Positions 1 to 10,159 of a stretch of 64,000 nucleotides of DNA are shown piece after piece (position 1 is the first letter of the stretch; every line of letters begins with the position of its first letter). The stretch is from an uncultured Desulfobacter sp. (GTDB lineage: Bacteria > Desulfobacterota > Desulfobacteria > Desulfobacterales > Desulfobacteraceae): positions 4,064,001 to 4,128,000 of the forward strand of contig OY762069.1 of NCBI GenBank assembly GCA_963665095.1, given 5' to 3'. The position numbers were made by a program, and so were the translations under genes. The notes under the pieces were generated by a model. The model saw only the letters and a list, made by a program, of their open reading frames with translations. It had not been told where the DNA came from and ran no database searches.

Positions 1-78
1 TCCGGCAGGGTGATAGTGGACGAACCGATTCGCCTCAAAGCCCTGGACGCCGTTCAAAAAATGGTCAATATGAAATAA
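1..78 (+). CDS. nadA: C-terminal end of a gene entering the window, probably quinolinate synthase
   Basis: Frame 1 reads SGRVIVDEPIRLKALDAVQKMVNMK*, which resembles NadA C-termini; only 25 residues are visible. Confidence 0.5.
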   Translation, partial: SGRVIVDEPIRLKALDAVQKMVNMK

Positions 79-109
79 TCCCCGACATGACATAAAAAAA
101 AACAGACAC

Positions 110-156
110 AAATGAAAAAGGAGCCGGTTTGACAAACTGCAGCTCCTTTTTCATTT
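110..156. terminator. Bidirectional intrinsic terminator
   Basis: Inverted repeat AAATGAAAAAGGAGC (110-124) / GCTCCTTTTTCATTT (142-156) lies between convergent genes. Confidence 0.7.
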
Positions 157-189
157 TAGATTTAAAATCCGATTTAAATTCTAAAGGAT

Positions 190-933
190 TTACATGGCGT
201 CAAAGGCCTCATCCGGAATATCGGCATTGGTATAAAAATTCTGGACATCATCATTGTCGTCCAGGGCCTCCATAAACCGGATCATCTGTTCTGCTTCCTT
301 GCCGGAAACCTCTGTGGTATTCTGGGGAACCATGGAAATTTCAGCGACTTCACAGGTAATTTCAGCGGCATCAATGGCATCCTTAACCGCATCAAAGTCC
401 TCGGGGGAGGTGAGCACATCAAAGCTATCACCCTCGTCTTTAATATCTTCAGCACCAGCTTCCAGGGCCACTTCCATGAGGGCGTCCTCGTCAGCAGCTT
501 CTTTTGAAATGGTAATAACTCCCTTTTTATCAAACATCCAGGCCACGCATCCGTCAGTACCCACATTGCCGCCAGCCTTATTAAAAATGTACCTCACATC
601 GGCAATGGTCCGATTTTTGTTGTCTGTGAGACACTCCACCATTACAGCCACTCCGCCGGGCCCGTACCCTTCATACATGATCTCTTCGTAATTCACCCCG
701 TCCATGTCGCCGGTACCTTTTTTAATGGCCCGGTCCACATTGTCTTTGGGCATGTTCTGGGCTTTGGCGGAATCAATGGCACGGCGCAGCCTGGGATTGG
801 CTGAAGCATCGCCACCGCCCATGCGTGCCGCCACTGTGATTTCCTTGATCAGCTTGGTAAATACCTTTGCCCTTTTTTTATCGGCCGCACCTTTTTTATG
901 TTTGATGGTCGACCACTTGCTATGTCCTGACAT
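190..933 (-). CDS. yebC: YebC/PmpR family protein
   Basis: [15 protein letters not shown]-terminus, [15 protein letters not shown]; 247 aa. Confidence 0.97.
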   Translation of the reverse strand: MSGHSKWSTIKHKKGAADKKRAKVFTKLIKEITVAARMGGGDASANPRLRRAIDSAKAQNMPKDNVDRAIKKGTGDMDGVNYEEIMYEGYGPGGVAVMVECLTDNKNRTIADVRYIFNKAGGNVGTDGCVAWMFDKKGVITISKEAADEDALMEVALEAGAEDIKDEGDSFDVLTSPEDFDAVKDAIDAAEITCEVAEISMVPQNTTEVSGKEAEQMIRFMEALDDNDDVQNFYTNADIPDEAFDAM

Positions 934-1606
934 GGGTATTCCCCTCCTTATTTTTATATTTTGCTATGATATATATCTCTTTGCTTTGTTTTCTACAGCT
1001 TTCCGGCTTAAATACCCGGCACTCTTTAAATGCTGATCTCACTTCTTTTTCAAAGGGCTTGAACTCATTCCCCTGGAATATTTTGCACACAAAATTACCC
1101 TGAAAAGCCAAATTTTTCAAGGCTGTATCCAGGGCCATGCGGCACAATTCAACGGAACGTATGGCATCCACATCCTTTCTGCCCGTGGTGGCAGGGGCCA
1201 TGTCACTTATCACGACATTAAAGGTGCCGGCAAGATCTGCTGTGAATGCCGGATGTTCAGGATGGAGGATATTATCCTCAATAGCCCGGACATTGGCCGG
1301 CAGTGTTATTTCAACCGGTTTCAGATCAATACCCAGCACCTGGCCCTGACTGCCCGCAAGTTTTGATGCATAAAGCAGCCAGGAACCCGGAGCACACCCC
1401 AGGTCCAGCACATTATCCCCATTTTTAATGATCTGACATTTATTCTGGATCTCTTCAAGCTTGAAAACAGACCGGGCCGGATAGCCCATGGATTTGGCCT
1501 TCTGGGTATAATGATCTGCCCACTGGCCGGACCTGCCGCCTTTTCCTGCAGGCTTTTGTCCTTTTGCAGGCCTCTTTTTACCCTTCAAACAACACCTCCA
1601 CAGCAT
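920..1606 (-). CDS. rlmE: 23S rRNA Um2552 2'-O-methyltransferase (true start probably slightly downstream, near the radA stop)
   Basis: [49 protein letters not shown] motifs. Confidence 0.93.
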   Translation of the reverse strand: MLWRCCLKGKKRPAKGQKPAGKGGRSGQWADHYTQKAKSMGYPARSVFKLEEIQNKCQIIKNGDNVLDLGCAPGSWLLYASKLAGSQGQVLGIDLKPVEITLPANVRAIEDNILHPEHPAFTADLAGTFNVVISDMAPATTGRKDVDAIRSVELCRMALDTALKNLAFQGNFVCKIFQGNEFKPFEKEVRSAFKECRVFKPESCRKQSKEIYIIAKYKNKEGNTHVRT

Positions 1607-2954
1607 CCTTCAAAAAACTGATACTCTCAATGGTCATACCCTTTATTTTTGATAATTGCTTCATGGTGGCCGTGGGCACCAGACACCGGGTAAACCCCAT
1701 TTTAGCAGCCTCCTTGATTCTTGCCTGGGCATGGCTGACTGCCCTGATCTCTCCTGTCAGCCCTATTTCTCCGATCAGGGTGGTCTCTTTATGTACAGGT
1801 CGGTCCAGAAAACTTGACGCAAGGGCGGCTGCAATGGCAAGATCTGCCGATGGTTCTGAAATTCTTACCCCGCCGGTGACATTCATAAAAATATCCAACC
1901 CTGTAAGGTTCATGCCCAGACGCTTCTCCATCACCGCCACAATCAGGGCCACCCGGTTGCTGTCCAGTCCAAGCACTGTGCGCCGTGGCGTACCAAGGCC
2001 GGAAGTTGAGACAAGCCCCTGGATCTCCACCAGAATGGGACGTGTCCCTTCCATGCTGGCTGTGACGACCGATCCCGGTGCCACCTGGGCCCGTTCCGAC
2101 AGGAATACGGCCGAAGGGTTCGGCACCTGGCTCAATCCCTGGTCCCGCATTTCAAATACCCCGATTTCATTGGTGGACCCAAACCGGTTTTTTACAGCCC
2201 GAAGAATCCGGAAGATATGGCTTTTATCCCCTTCAAAATAGAGTACGGTATCCACCATATGCTCCATAATCCTGGGTCCGGCAATGGCACCGCCCTTTGT
2301 CACATGCCCCACCAGGAAAATGGGCAGACCAATGGTTTTTGAAAGGCGCATGAACTGCATGGACGCCTCACGAATCTGGGTAATGCTGCCCGGAGTAGAA
2401 TTTACCTGGGGATGAAAAACGGTCTGGATAGAGTCGATCACCATGGCGTCATAGTCATCCTTTTCCGCCATGGCAAGAATGGCTTCAAGATCGGTTTCCG
2501 ACACAACAAACAGGGAGTCACCTGAAGAGCCAAGACGCTTTCCGCGCAACGAGAGCTGGCTGATCGATTCCTCTCCGGACACATACAGGCATTTTTTCCC
2601 AGCCTTTGCCAGTCGCGCCAGAACCTGGAGCATCAGTGTGGATTTGCCGATTCCGGGATCTCCGCCGATAAGCACAAGGGACCCATCCACAATACCGCCC
2701 CCCAGCACCCGGTCAAATTCATTAATGCCGGTGCGTATCCGTAAAGAAGGGGACACTTCCACCGAGTCAATGGACACCGGTTTTGCCGCAATGGCAGGCC
2801 GGCCTGCACCGGCCGCACCCGGGGTCCGGGCCACCAGCGTCTCTTCAACAAGACTGTCCCAGGCACCGCACTCTGGACACTGGCCCATCCATTTAGGGGT
2901 CTGGGCCCCACAGGCCCTGCAACTGAATATGGTCTTCTCTTTTTTTCTTGCCAC
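1578..2954 (-). CDS. radA: DNA repair protein RadA/Sms
   Basis: Zn finger CRACG..WMGQCPECGAW, Walker A GDPGIGKST, KNRFG motif; GTG start at 2954 inferred. Confidence 0.97.
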   Translation of the reverse strand: MARKKEKTIFSCRACGAQTPKWMGQCPECGAWDSLVEETLVARTPGAAGAGRPAIAAKPVSIDSVEVSPSLRIRTGINEFDRVLGGGIVDGSLVLIGGDPGIGKSTLMLQVLARLAKAGKKCLYVSGEESISQLSLRGKRLGSSGDSLFVVSETDLEAILAMAEKDDYDAMVIDSIQTVFHPQVNSTPGSITQIREASMQFMRLSKTIGLPIFLVGHVTKGGAIAGPRIMEHMVDTVLYFEGDKSHIFRILRAVKNRFGSTNEIGVFEMRDQGLSQVPNPSAVFLSERAQVAPGSVVTASMEGTRPILVEIQGLVSTSGLGTPRRTVLGLDSNRVALIVAVMEKRLGMNLTGLDIFMNVTGGVRISEPSADLAIAAALASSFLDRPVHKETTLIGEIGLTGEIRAVSHAQARIKEAAKMGFTRCLVPTATMKQLSKIKGMTIESISFLKDAVEVLFEG

Positions 2955-3629
2955 GTCTATTTTACATCCAACAGGTTGAAAATCGCGTGAATATACCACG
3001 TTATGCGGTCCCTATCAAGAACACTAGCCGCCCCTGTTCCAAGAATTTCTGCCAAATTCAACTGGAGACAGCAGGGGAGTAAAACTAAATTTTTTCTTTT
3101 ATTTTCAGCATAATATCGTTATTTTAATACCATTTAAGCTTAGTTTTTACTGCAGACCTCTCCTTGTTTACCCTGCCCATGCCAGAGAGGTCGGGCGGTT
3201 AATTTACTTTGTATAGTCTATAATTCTGAACTTTTATACATCACAGCGGCTTGACAGAACATCAGTTTCTAGTTTATACATATAATAATTGCTATATATC
3301 GTCATAGGCTAATTCGTAACTGATCACTCCCATTAATTAATCCCCGGCCTCAAAAGCCTATGGCCGCAGCCTTGAACCGGCTGGTGTACTATTATTTATA
3401 CTGACGACAGTTTCACCCTGCCTTAACAGGGAAAGGAATCATCATTTTTCACTAAACGCCGGTACCAGGGGCACTACGAATAAGAAAAAGCTAAAGAAAA
3501 TTTCCTGTAACAACCGCAGCTTGGATCTGGCCTTCGCGCTGGCGAGACAATGCAACGAAAAGCTATGATTCCAATGTGGAATATTTTTTTCGCCAAGAAA
3601 ATCCAAATATTTTTGGAGTAAAAATAGCT

Positions 3630-5057
3630 ATGAATAAAACCACCGAAGCCCCCCTGCAGGAAATCAGACTGCTGATGATATCCGACAAGCTTGAAAAATG
3701 GTTCGGACAACGCGGTATCGCTGAAGTAGTCAGTCTTAAAGAGGTTGACGGTTCCATTGATTTTTTATCTTACCCCGGTATCCTTCTTGATCACGACATC
3801 CCGAAACAGGCCAGACAAATCGTGCTGAAAATCCGTTCAAACAGCAGATTCGCATTTATCCCCCTGTTTCAGACCATGCCCATAGACCCCTTTACAGACC
3901 ATTTAACCGATGGAATTATGGATGACATCCGGCCCGCTGTAGAGCAGACAATTATCATTCAGAAACGGCTTCAAAGCCTGGAATACAATCTGAATGAACT
4001 TGTCTCTTCTGCCCGGGCAAGACTTTTTATCTTTCTTTTCAGTAGAAAAAGACTGCTTTCCCCCGTCAGAAACTGGCGGCATCCGTCTTTTTACCAGTAC
4101 CCTTTGATAGAAGCAATCGCCATTCCGGAAGGACAGCCTGAGTTCTGGCTGGAAAATCTTGAAAAACGCGGTTTGCTTGATCCGTCCGCATTGGTAGACA
4201 GGGTTCGCAGATGCCCCAAATGCGGATTGTCCAATCCAAATTACATTGATGTCTGCCCTCACTGCTCATCCATCGATATCACCCAGGCCAGTTTTATCCA
4301 TTGCTTTACCTGCGGTACGGTCATGCCGGAAAATAATTTTCTCACAGACCAGCACCAGATTCTGTGCCCCCAGTGCAAAACCCAATTGCGCCATATTGGC
4401 ACGGACTATGACCGTCCACTGGAAAATTACTCCTGTTCAGCCTGTCACAGTGTTTTTTCCGAACCTGAAATAAAGGCCGTTTGCGGCCGATGCGAAAAAG
4501 AGTCCATACCGGAAGATTTAAATATAAAAATATTTTACACCTATGAACTGACGGATAAAGCCGAGCTCATCACAAAATCAGGTCGGTTTATAGAGCCGGA
4601 AGCGCTTATCCAGACGCTGCTGAATGTCAATTTTCAGCAGTTCAAATTTCAATTGAACTGGATGCTTTTAATGGCCCGGCGGGTGAAACAGGAAATATTT
4701 TCCATTATGGCCATAAAAATAGTGAATCTTGAAGCCCTGGAAGCAGACATTGGCATTATTCGTCTGATGGAGCTGGTTGAAGAGTTTGTTAAACGATTTA
4801 CAGCCACACTTCGAATCACGGATTTCGCAACCCAGCAGAAGCCTGACGATCTTTGGCTGCTCCTGCCGCGGATGAACGCGGACAATCTGAAAATAATGAT
4901 TGACCGTCTCAACGTTTTCAGCCATGCCCCCAAGGAAAACAAAAAGATACCGGTACTGAAGTTCTCGTTTGGCGCACTTACGATTCCGGACCAGCTCAAT
5001 GAAAATGATACAGTCGAGTCCATTCTTTCAATCCTGGACGACGAAATAAACGGGTAG
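3630..5057 (+). CDS. Cys-rich (TackOD1-like zinc ribbon) protein with degenerate GGDEF-like C-terminal domain; MxdA-like
   Basis: Six CxxC pairs (CPKC, CPHC, CFTC, CPQC, CSAC, CGRC). The C-terminus (LRITDFAT..DDLWLLLP) resembles a GGDEF fold but lacks the GGDEF motif. GGAG lies upstream of ATG 3630. Confidence 0.7.
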   Translation: MNKTTEAPLQEIRLLMISDKLEKWFGQRGIAEVVSLKEVDGSIDFLSYPGILLDHDIPKQARQIVLKIRSNSRFAFIPLFQTMPIDPFTDHLTDGIMDDIRPAVEQTIIIQKRLQSLEYNLNELVSSARARLFIFLFSRKRLLSPVRNWRHPSFYQYPLIEAIAIPEGQPEFWLENLEKRGLLDPSALVDRVRRCPKCGLSNPNYIDVCPHCSSIDITQASFIHCFTCGTVMPENNFLTDQHQILCPQCKTQLRHIGTDYDRPLENYSCSACHSVFSEPEIKAVCGRCEKESIPEDLNIKIFYTYELTDKAELITKSGRFIEPEALIQTLLNVNFQQFKFQLNWMLLMARRVKQEIFSIMAIKIVNLEALEADIGIIRLMELVEEFVKRFTATLRITDFATQQKPDDLWLLLPRMNADNLKIMIDRLNVFSHAPKENKKIPVLKFSFGALTIPDQLNENDTVESILSILDDEING

Positions 5058-5072
5058 CGGGAAACCACAGAT

Positions 5073-6422
5073 ATGATTGACGCCATCATAATATTCATCA
5101 GCGAGGTGTTTGAGGCTTTCCTCCTCATCATTGAGGCCCCTGTGACCAATTTTGAAGAGTTTATTCTGAAGTTCATTCCATTTGCCCTTTTTCTTGAATT
5201 CCCCCTTTATGTGCTGATTATGACAGGCGCGATTCTTCACCTTATGAGAGAAAAAATAGTATGGAACAAAAAAGATAAAGAGTTTTACCCGTCTGTCTCC
5301 TGTATTGTCCTGTGTTATTCAGAAGGCCTTGCGGTTCAGCAGACCATCCGTACATTAACGGAACAGCTGTACGAGGGGCCAGTGGAAATCCTTGCCATCA
5401 TGGACGGGGCAGCCCAGAACAAAAGCACATACGAGGCTGCCAAAAAGATGGAACCTTTTGTCCGGACATTTTATAACCGCCGACTGCGGGTGATTCCCAA
5501 ATGGCAGCGGGGGGGAAGGGTCTCGTCAATGAATCTCGGCCTGACCCTGTCCACCGGCCAGATCGTGATGGCCCTGGATGGTGATACCTCCTTTGACAAT
5601 GACATGATATATCATGCCGTTAAACCATTTCGCGACGAAAACGTAGTTTCTGTGGCGGGAAACCTTCGGGTCCGAAACGCATATGAAAGTATCTGCACCC
5701 GGATGCAGGCCATTGAGTATCTGCTATCCATCTATCTTGGAAAAGCCGGTTTAAGTGAATTTAATATTGTAAACAATGTGTCAGGGGCCTTCGGGGTGCA
5801 CCGCAGGTCCTTTCTGAAACAGTTAGGCGGCTGGGACTCCGGTACGGCAGAAGACCTTGACCTGACAATACGCATAAAAGGGTATCTGGGACGATATCCC
5901 CATTTAAGAATTCTTTTTGCACCCAAGTCCATCGGCCACACAGATGCGCCATCAACATTCAGGCAGCTGGTCCAGCAGCGGATCCGCTGGGATGGCGACC
6001 TTTACTATCTCTATTTTAAAAAACACGGTCCCAGAATTGCGCCACGGCTTTTAGGGTGGAAAAACTTTTCCATGGTCTTCTGGACCGGTTTCCTGTTTCA
6101 AATCGTCATGCCGTTTCTGATTATTTTTTATACGGTTTTCTGCCTGATATTTTATCCCCTGGCCATGGTGACGGCCCTGTATCTGTTTCTCTACCTGGTC
6201 TATCTGCTGGTTGCCTCGGGCATGTACTTTTTTTTCCTGCTCTTTTTTTCAGAAAGAAAAAAGGAAGATGCCCAGCTGATCAGATGGCTGCCGGCGTTTC
6301 CCGTGTACAGCTTTTTTATCAGAGTGGTATCCGCAGTTGCTACTCTGTTTGAAATTGTCCACAACAGCCACCTGGATTCGTCCATGGCGCCCTGGTGGGT
6401 ACTGCGAAAAACAAAATTTTAA
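5073..6422 (+). CDS. Processive GT2 beta-glycosyltransferase (PgaC/IcaA/MxdB-like)
   Basis: ALDGD (DxD), AEDLDL and QQRIRW (QxxRW) motifs; N- and C-terminal TM helices. Confidence 0.9.
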   Translation: MIDAIIIFISEVFEAFLLIIEAPVTNFEEFILKFIPFALFLEFPLYVLIMTGAILHLMREKIVWNKKDKEFYPSVSCIVLCYSEGLAVQQTIRTLTEQLYEGPVEILAIMDGAAQNKSTYEAAKKMEPFVRTFYNRRLRVIPKWQRGGRVSSMNLGLTLSTGQIVMALDGDTSFDNDMIYHAVKPFRDENVVSVAGNLRVRNAYESICTRMQAIEYLLSIYLGKAGLSEFNIVNNVSGAFGVHRRSFLKQLGGWDSGTAEDLDLTIRIKGYLGRYPHLRILFAPKSIGHTDAPSTFRQLVQQRIRWDGDLYYLYFKKHGPRIAPRLLGWKNFSMVFWTGFLFQIVMPFLIIFYTVFCLIFYPLAMVTALYLFLYLVYLLVASGMYFFFLLFFSERKKEDAQLIRWLPAFPVYSFFIRVVSAVATLFEIVHNSHLDSSMAPWWVLRKTKF

Positions 6423-6443
6423 CCCCATTTTAGAGCGATATGT

Positions 6444-8954
6444 ATGACTAAGATCCTGCAAAAAATCGGTCCGGGCAAAAGGATGCGAACAGAGCTGATT
6501 CTGGTCGCTTCTCTGGCATGTTTTCTGCCACTATTTCTGCTGTTGTGCAATGCATGTTCTTCAAAAAACATTGTCTCGTTGCCGGCATCAGAACAAATAG
6601 CTGACGCACAGACTGTTGACGTACAGGTTGCTGACGCACAGATTGTCGAAACACCCATCCCCGTGGAAGAAAACCATGCAGACAAAAAAAATCCGTCTGA
6701 CATCCAAACCAGACAGATCGCCCATAATCTGCAATGGAATGTACCTGCCATCAATATTGCTGTTGACGCAAATGGTACAGACAGCGTGCTGCAATGGGAC
6801 GTGCCGGAAAACACCTCCTACCTTGAACGACTCATCCGTTCCGAGAATCATTTCGGCAACCTGGAAAAGGGAAAGCATAAGGACTGTTCTCTTGCCCAGC
6901 TGGAAAAACTTGTCGATACCAGCAAGGATGTCAGCGCAGAGACAGCCGTGCTTGAGGAACTGATCAGCCGCCTGGAGCATGAAAAAGGCATTTCAGGTTT
7001 GCAGATCATCGGATTTGCCAGGACCGGGTATACCAATGAGGAATTGACCAACGGAGATCGAAGAGAGTATTACCCCACCCAGGTTTCAGCCGGCATTACC
7101 TATCCCCTTTTCGGTAAGCTGACTGAGCAGCGGAACAGCCTTTTCGAACTTGAAACAGATATCAAGAATGAAAAACATATCATTGCCATGAAACGCAGCA
7201 ATGCAATTGAAAACCTGCGCCAGCATTATATTTTGCTGTGGGGCAGCGAGCAGAAGGTGGCCCTTGCCAACGCCTTTTTCAATCAGCAGGATGTGTATGA
7301 ACATACCCTTGAACACCGACTTTCCACCGGCCATCTGCTCAAGGCCGATTACCTTGAATTCATTGCCATGTTTGATGTGGTGGCCCGGGACAGAGCCATA
7401 AGCCTCGCCGCCTGTCAGCGGGCACGCGACATCATTCACTCCCTGACCGGTGTACGCCCCGGTGTCCCATTGCAATCTGCCCCGGATCTGCCGGTACATA
7501 CCGAAGATACGGCGGCAGCAGTCGCATCTGTTGCCTGTGATCCGGAAATACTGATGCTCCAGAACCAAATTGAAAGCCAGCTTAAAGTGCTGAAAAATTC
7601 TTCGGGTATTGATATTAAAGGCAATATTTCTGCCCGGGGATTTGTGGGGAGTTCAGAGGATGTAAACACCGATATAGGCTATGGTGCCCTTGTCTCTCTT
7701 GATCTTGTCATGCCTTCCAATCCCTTCCATGCGGATAAAACCAACCGGCTCTATGAATTACGAAAATTATCGCGTCTGCAAAGCCAGCTTAAATCCCGGA
7801 CCCGGGCTTTGAAACTTGAAATCGCAAGCAGACTGAGAACCATCTTTGCCGACCGCCAGAACAGGGTCTTTGCCCTGACCCGGCTTGAGACATCAGCAGA
7901 ACACCTGCGGGAACGGACAGCCCGCATCGGCAGGATTGACGGAGATGTGCTTGAACGGGTCATCCGGGCCAGACACGACTATTACAGGTGTGCCTACGAC
8001 CTTATCGATCTGGAAGTGGTAATGATGCAGCATATCTCCCGGCTGCTGCAGCTGACCCCGGAAAAAGAGGAGGAAACCCGGCGATTCTCTTCCCAATTGT
8101 CTGTGATTGGGCCCTTAAATGAAGACACCAGTGCACCGATCAAAAACAGTGCGCCCGCCTCAGATCCGCCTGTTGTACAGGTCGGGGAGGGGAAAATCGG
8201 GGTTTACATCTGGAAAAGCCGGCCGGTGCTCAACGGCACCATACCATTGGAGCAGTTTAAGGAAAAAGGAATCTCACACCTTCTGCTCTCCTTTGACCGG
8301 GAACAACTGGACAGCCTTTCCATCCCGGAACGGGCCGCCCATGTCCTGCAATTTCTGCGGGCCTGTGCTGAAAACAATTTAAAAGCGTTCATGCTGTTAG
8401 GAGAGCCCACCTGGATTCTGCCGGAATCAAGAGGGGACCTGATGTCCATTCTTTCCCTGACCAACCGGTTCCCCTTTGACGGGGTCCATCTTGATCTTGA
8501 ACCCTGTCAGCTGGATGTGGAGCACTACGGTCTTGAATATCTGAGTTCCCAGCTTTTAAAAACCGTACAGATGGCTGCAGACACCTGTGAACATCCCCTT
8601 GAACTCAGCCTCCACCCCAGGATGTTTGACAGAGAAGAAACCCGCATCTGTTTTGGCTGCGCCCTTGCCAATATCCATATTGATAAGGCCGTAATGATGA
8701 TCTACAGGACAGACTCCCAACAGGTGCTGCAGCGTATAAATACCATTGCCGCACAATATCCCCGTATCCGTTTCGGACTGGCTGCCAGCGTGGAAAAAGA
8801 TATGGGGAAAACCGTCAGCTTTGCGGACCTCGGGTTAGAAACGTTGAACGATGCACTGCAGCAGTACACCGCCCGGGAACCGGCATCCAGGTGGCACGGG
8901 GATGTTTATATTCAGGACTGGGCATCACTTCAGGAGATGAACGAAACGCCATGA
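6444..8954 (+). CDS. Putative TolC-like outer-membrane export domain fused to a C-terminal glycoside-hydrolase-like barrel
   Basis: Lipoprotein-like signal (LLLCNACSS); helical/beta alternation with AGITYPLFG as in outer-membrane efflux proteins; C-terminal FDGVHLDLEP resembles the GH18 DxxDxDxE motif. Confidence 0.55.
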   Translation: MTKILQKIGPGKRMRTELILVASLACFLPLFLLLCNACSSKNIVSLPASEQIADAQTVDVQVADAQIVETPIPVEENHADKKNPSDIQTRQIAHNLQWNVPAINIAVDANGTDSVLQWDVPENTSYLERLIRSENHFGNLEKGKHKDCSLAQLEKLVDTSKDVSAETAVLEELISRLEHEKGISGLQIIGFARTGYTNEELTNGDRREYYPTQVSAGITYPLFGKLTEQRNSLFELETDIKNEKHIIAMKRSNAIENLRQHYILLWGSEQKVALANAFFNQQDVYEHTLEHRLSTGHLLKADYLEFIAMFDVVARDRAISLAACQRARDIIHSLTGVRPGVPLQSAPDLPVHTEDTAAAVASVACDPEILMLQNQIESQLKVLKNSSGIDIKGNISARGFVGSSEDVNTDIGYGALVSLDLVMPSNPFHADKTNRLYELRKLSRLQSQLKSRTRALKLEIASRLRTIFADRQNRVFALTRLETSAEHLRERTARIGRIDGDVLERVIRARHDYYRCAYDLIDLEVVMMQHISRLLQLTPEKEEETRRFSSQLSVIGPLNEDTSAPIKNSAPASDPPVVQVGEGKIGVYIWKSRPVLNGTIPLEQFKEKGISHLLLSFDREQLDSLSIPERAAHVLQFLRACAENNLKAFMLLGEPTWILPESRGDLMSILSLTNRFPFDGVHLDLEPCQLDVEHYGLEYLSSQLLKTVQMAADTCEHPLELSLHPRMFDREETRICFGCALANIHIDKAVMMIYRTDSQQVLQRINTIAAQYPRIRFGLAASVEKDMGKTVSFADLGLETLNDALQQYTAREPASRWHGDVYIQDWASLQEMNETP
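6600..6650 (+). repeat. Short imperfect 15-bp-period tandem repeat (ADAQTVDVQVADAQIV)
   Basis: GCTGACGCACAGA occurs twice 30 bp apart, with GTTGACGTACAGG between. Confidence 0.7.
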
Positions 8955-10072
8955 AAATTAATTTTACAAAAAAAAAGGCTCATCCGAAAACTGAGGGCAA
9001 TATCGCCGTCACCTATGGCCCGGCAAAGCGTGTCGCCTCCTATCTGAAGTGGCGGCTGACCATATTGCTTGTGCTGAGCCCTTTTATTTACTTTCTGCTC
9101 AAACTGCTGTTCTCTTTTTTCATTGCACCGTCAACAGGGTTTATCTCCCTTGATGTGATGAACTATTACAGTCCGGGAAACGGAATTGTTGTGGAGACGT
9201 ATGCCGAAAAGGGGGCATCTGTTGAAAAAGGCGATCTGCTTGTTGTCCTGAGAAATATAAATATGGAAAACACACTGGCCCAGTTGAATACCCGCCTGCG
9301 TTTTGTCAACGAGCGTGTCCAGGAACCGGAACCGTCCGACAACCGGGGAGATATCTTAAGATCACAGTTGCACAGGGCCAAAAAATCCCTGGCCTTTGTG
9401 GAGAGCCGGTATAAAGACACCTGCTTTCTTTTTGAGCAGGGTGCCGCCACCTTGGCAGAACTGGCCAGTGCCAAAGACCAGCTTGATATACGCAGAGAAA
9501 GAATTTTAACGCTTCAGTCTGCCTTAAGTCAATGGCAGCAGAACCGGCAGGACCGGACCAGCCGCTTTAACGATGACTTTGGCAAAATAATGGCGGAAAA
9601 AGCCCAGCTGGAGCAGCAAATCGCTCAGTTGGGAGACCAGCTGGGACAGTACCGGATTAAAGCGGTTGAACAGGGACGGGTGATTGCCGCCAATATCAAA
9701 CCGGATCAATATGTCACCATTGGCGACTCCCTGCTGGCGGTGACCCATCAGGACGGTGTGAGAATCACCGCCTTTCTGCCTCCCAAACAGACAAGCCTGG
9801 CACCTGTGGGAAAAGAGCTTGATGTCATTCTGCCGTCAAAAACTGTGGTCAGGGCGGTTGTCCAGTACGAGGCCCATGATACCGGGCGGCTGCCGGCTTA
9901 TCTGTCCACCCCCATGCTGGGACGTCAGAGAATGGTGGTTGTGGATCTTAAGCCCCTGTCCCCCATACCGCCGGAAGAGATGGTTGACGGGTTGCCTGTG
10001 GAAGTCATGTTTGATACCAAATATCAAAGACTGTGGCAGCGATTCAAAAACGCGATTAAGGCGATATTTTAA
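8951..10072 (+). CDS. HlyD-family membrane fusion protein (MxdC-like)
   Basis: Single N-terminal TM, lipoyl half-motifs (GASVEKGDLLV; DQYVTIGDSLL) flanking a coiled coil; ATGA overlap with the upstream stop. Confidence 0.85.
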   Translation: MKINFTKKKAHPKTEGNIAVTYGPAKRVASYLKWRLTILLVLSPFIYFLLKLLFSFFIAPSTGFISLDVMNYYSPGNGIVVETYAEKGASVEKGDLLVVLRNINMENTLAQLNTRLRFVNERVQEPEPSDNRGDILRSQLHRAKKSLAFVESRYKDTCFLFEQGAATLAELASAKDQLDIRRERILTLQSALSQWQQNRQDRTSRFNDDFGKIMAEKAQLEQQIAQLGDQLGQYRIKAVEQGRVIAANIKPDQYVTIGDSLLAVTHQDGVRITAFLPPKQTSLAPVGKELDVILPSKTVVRAVVQYEAHDTGRLPAYLSTPMLGRQRMVVVDLKPLSPIPPEEMVDGLPVEVMFDTKYQRLWQRFKNAIKAIF

Positions 10073-10159
10073 TATCTCTATGGTGTCTGCTGCAAGGGCC
10101 GCATCCCTGCAGTTCCGGCTGCGGCCTTAAAACAGGTAGGCCTGGTATAACGGCCATGC

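Noticed and set aside
8968..8976. A9 tract at the 5' end of the HlyD gene as a phase-variation switch
   Set aside because: The tract is short and in frame (Lys codons), and similar A/T runs are common throughout the window.
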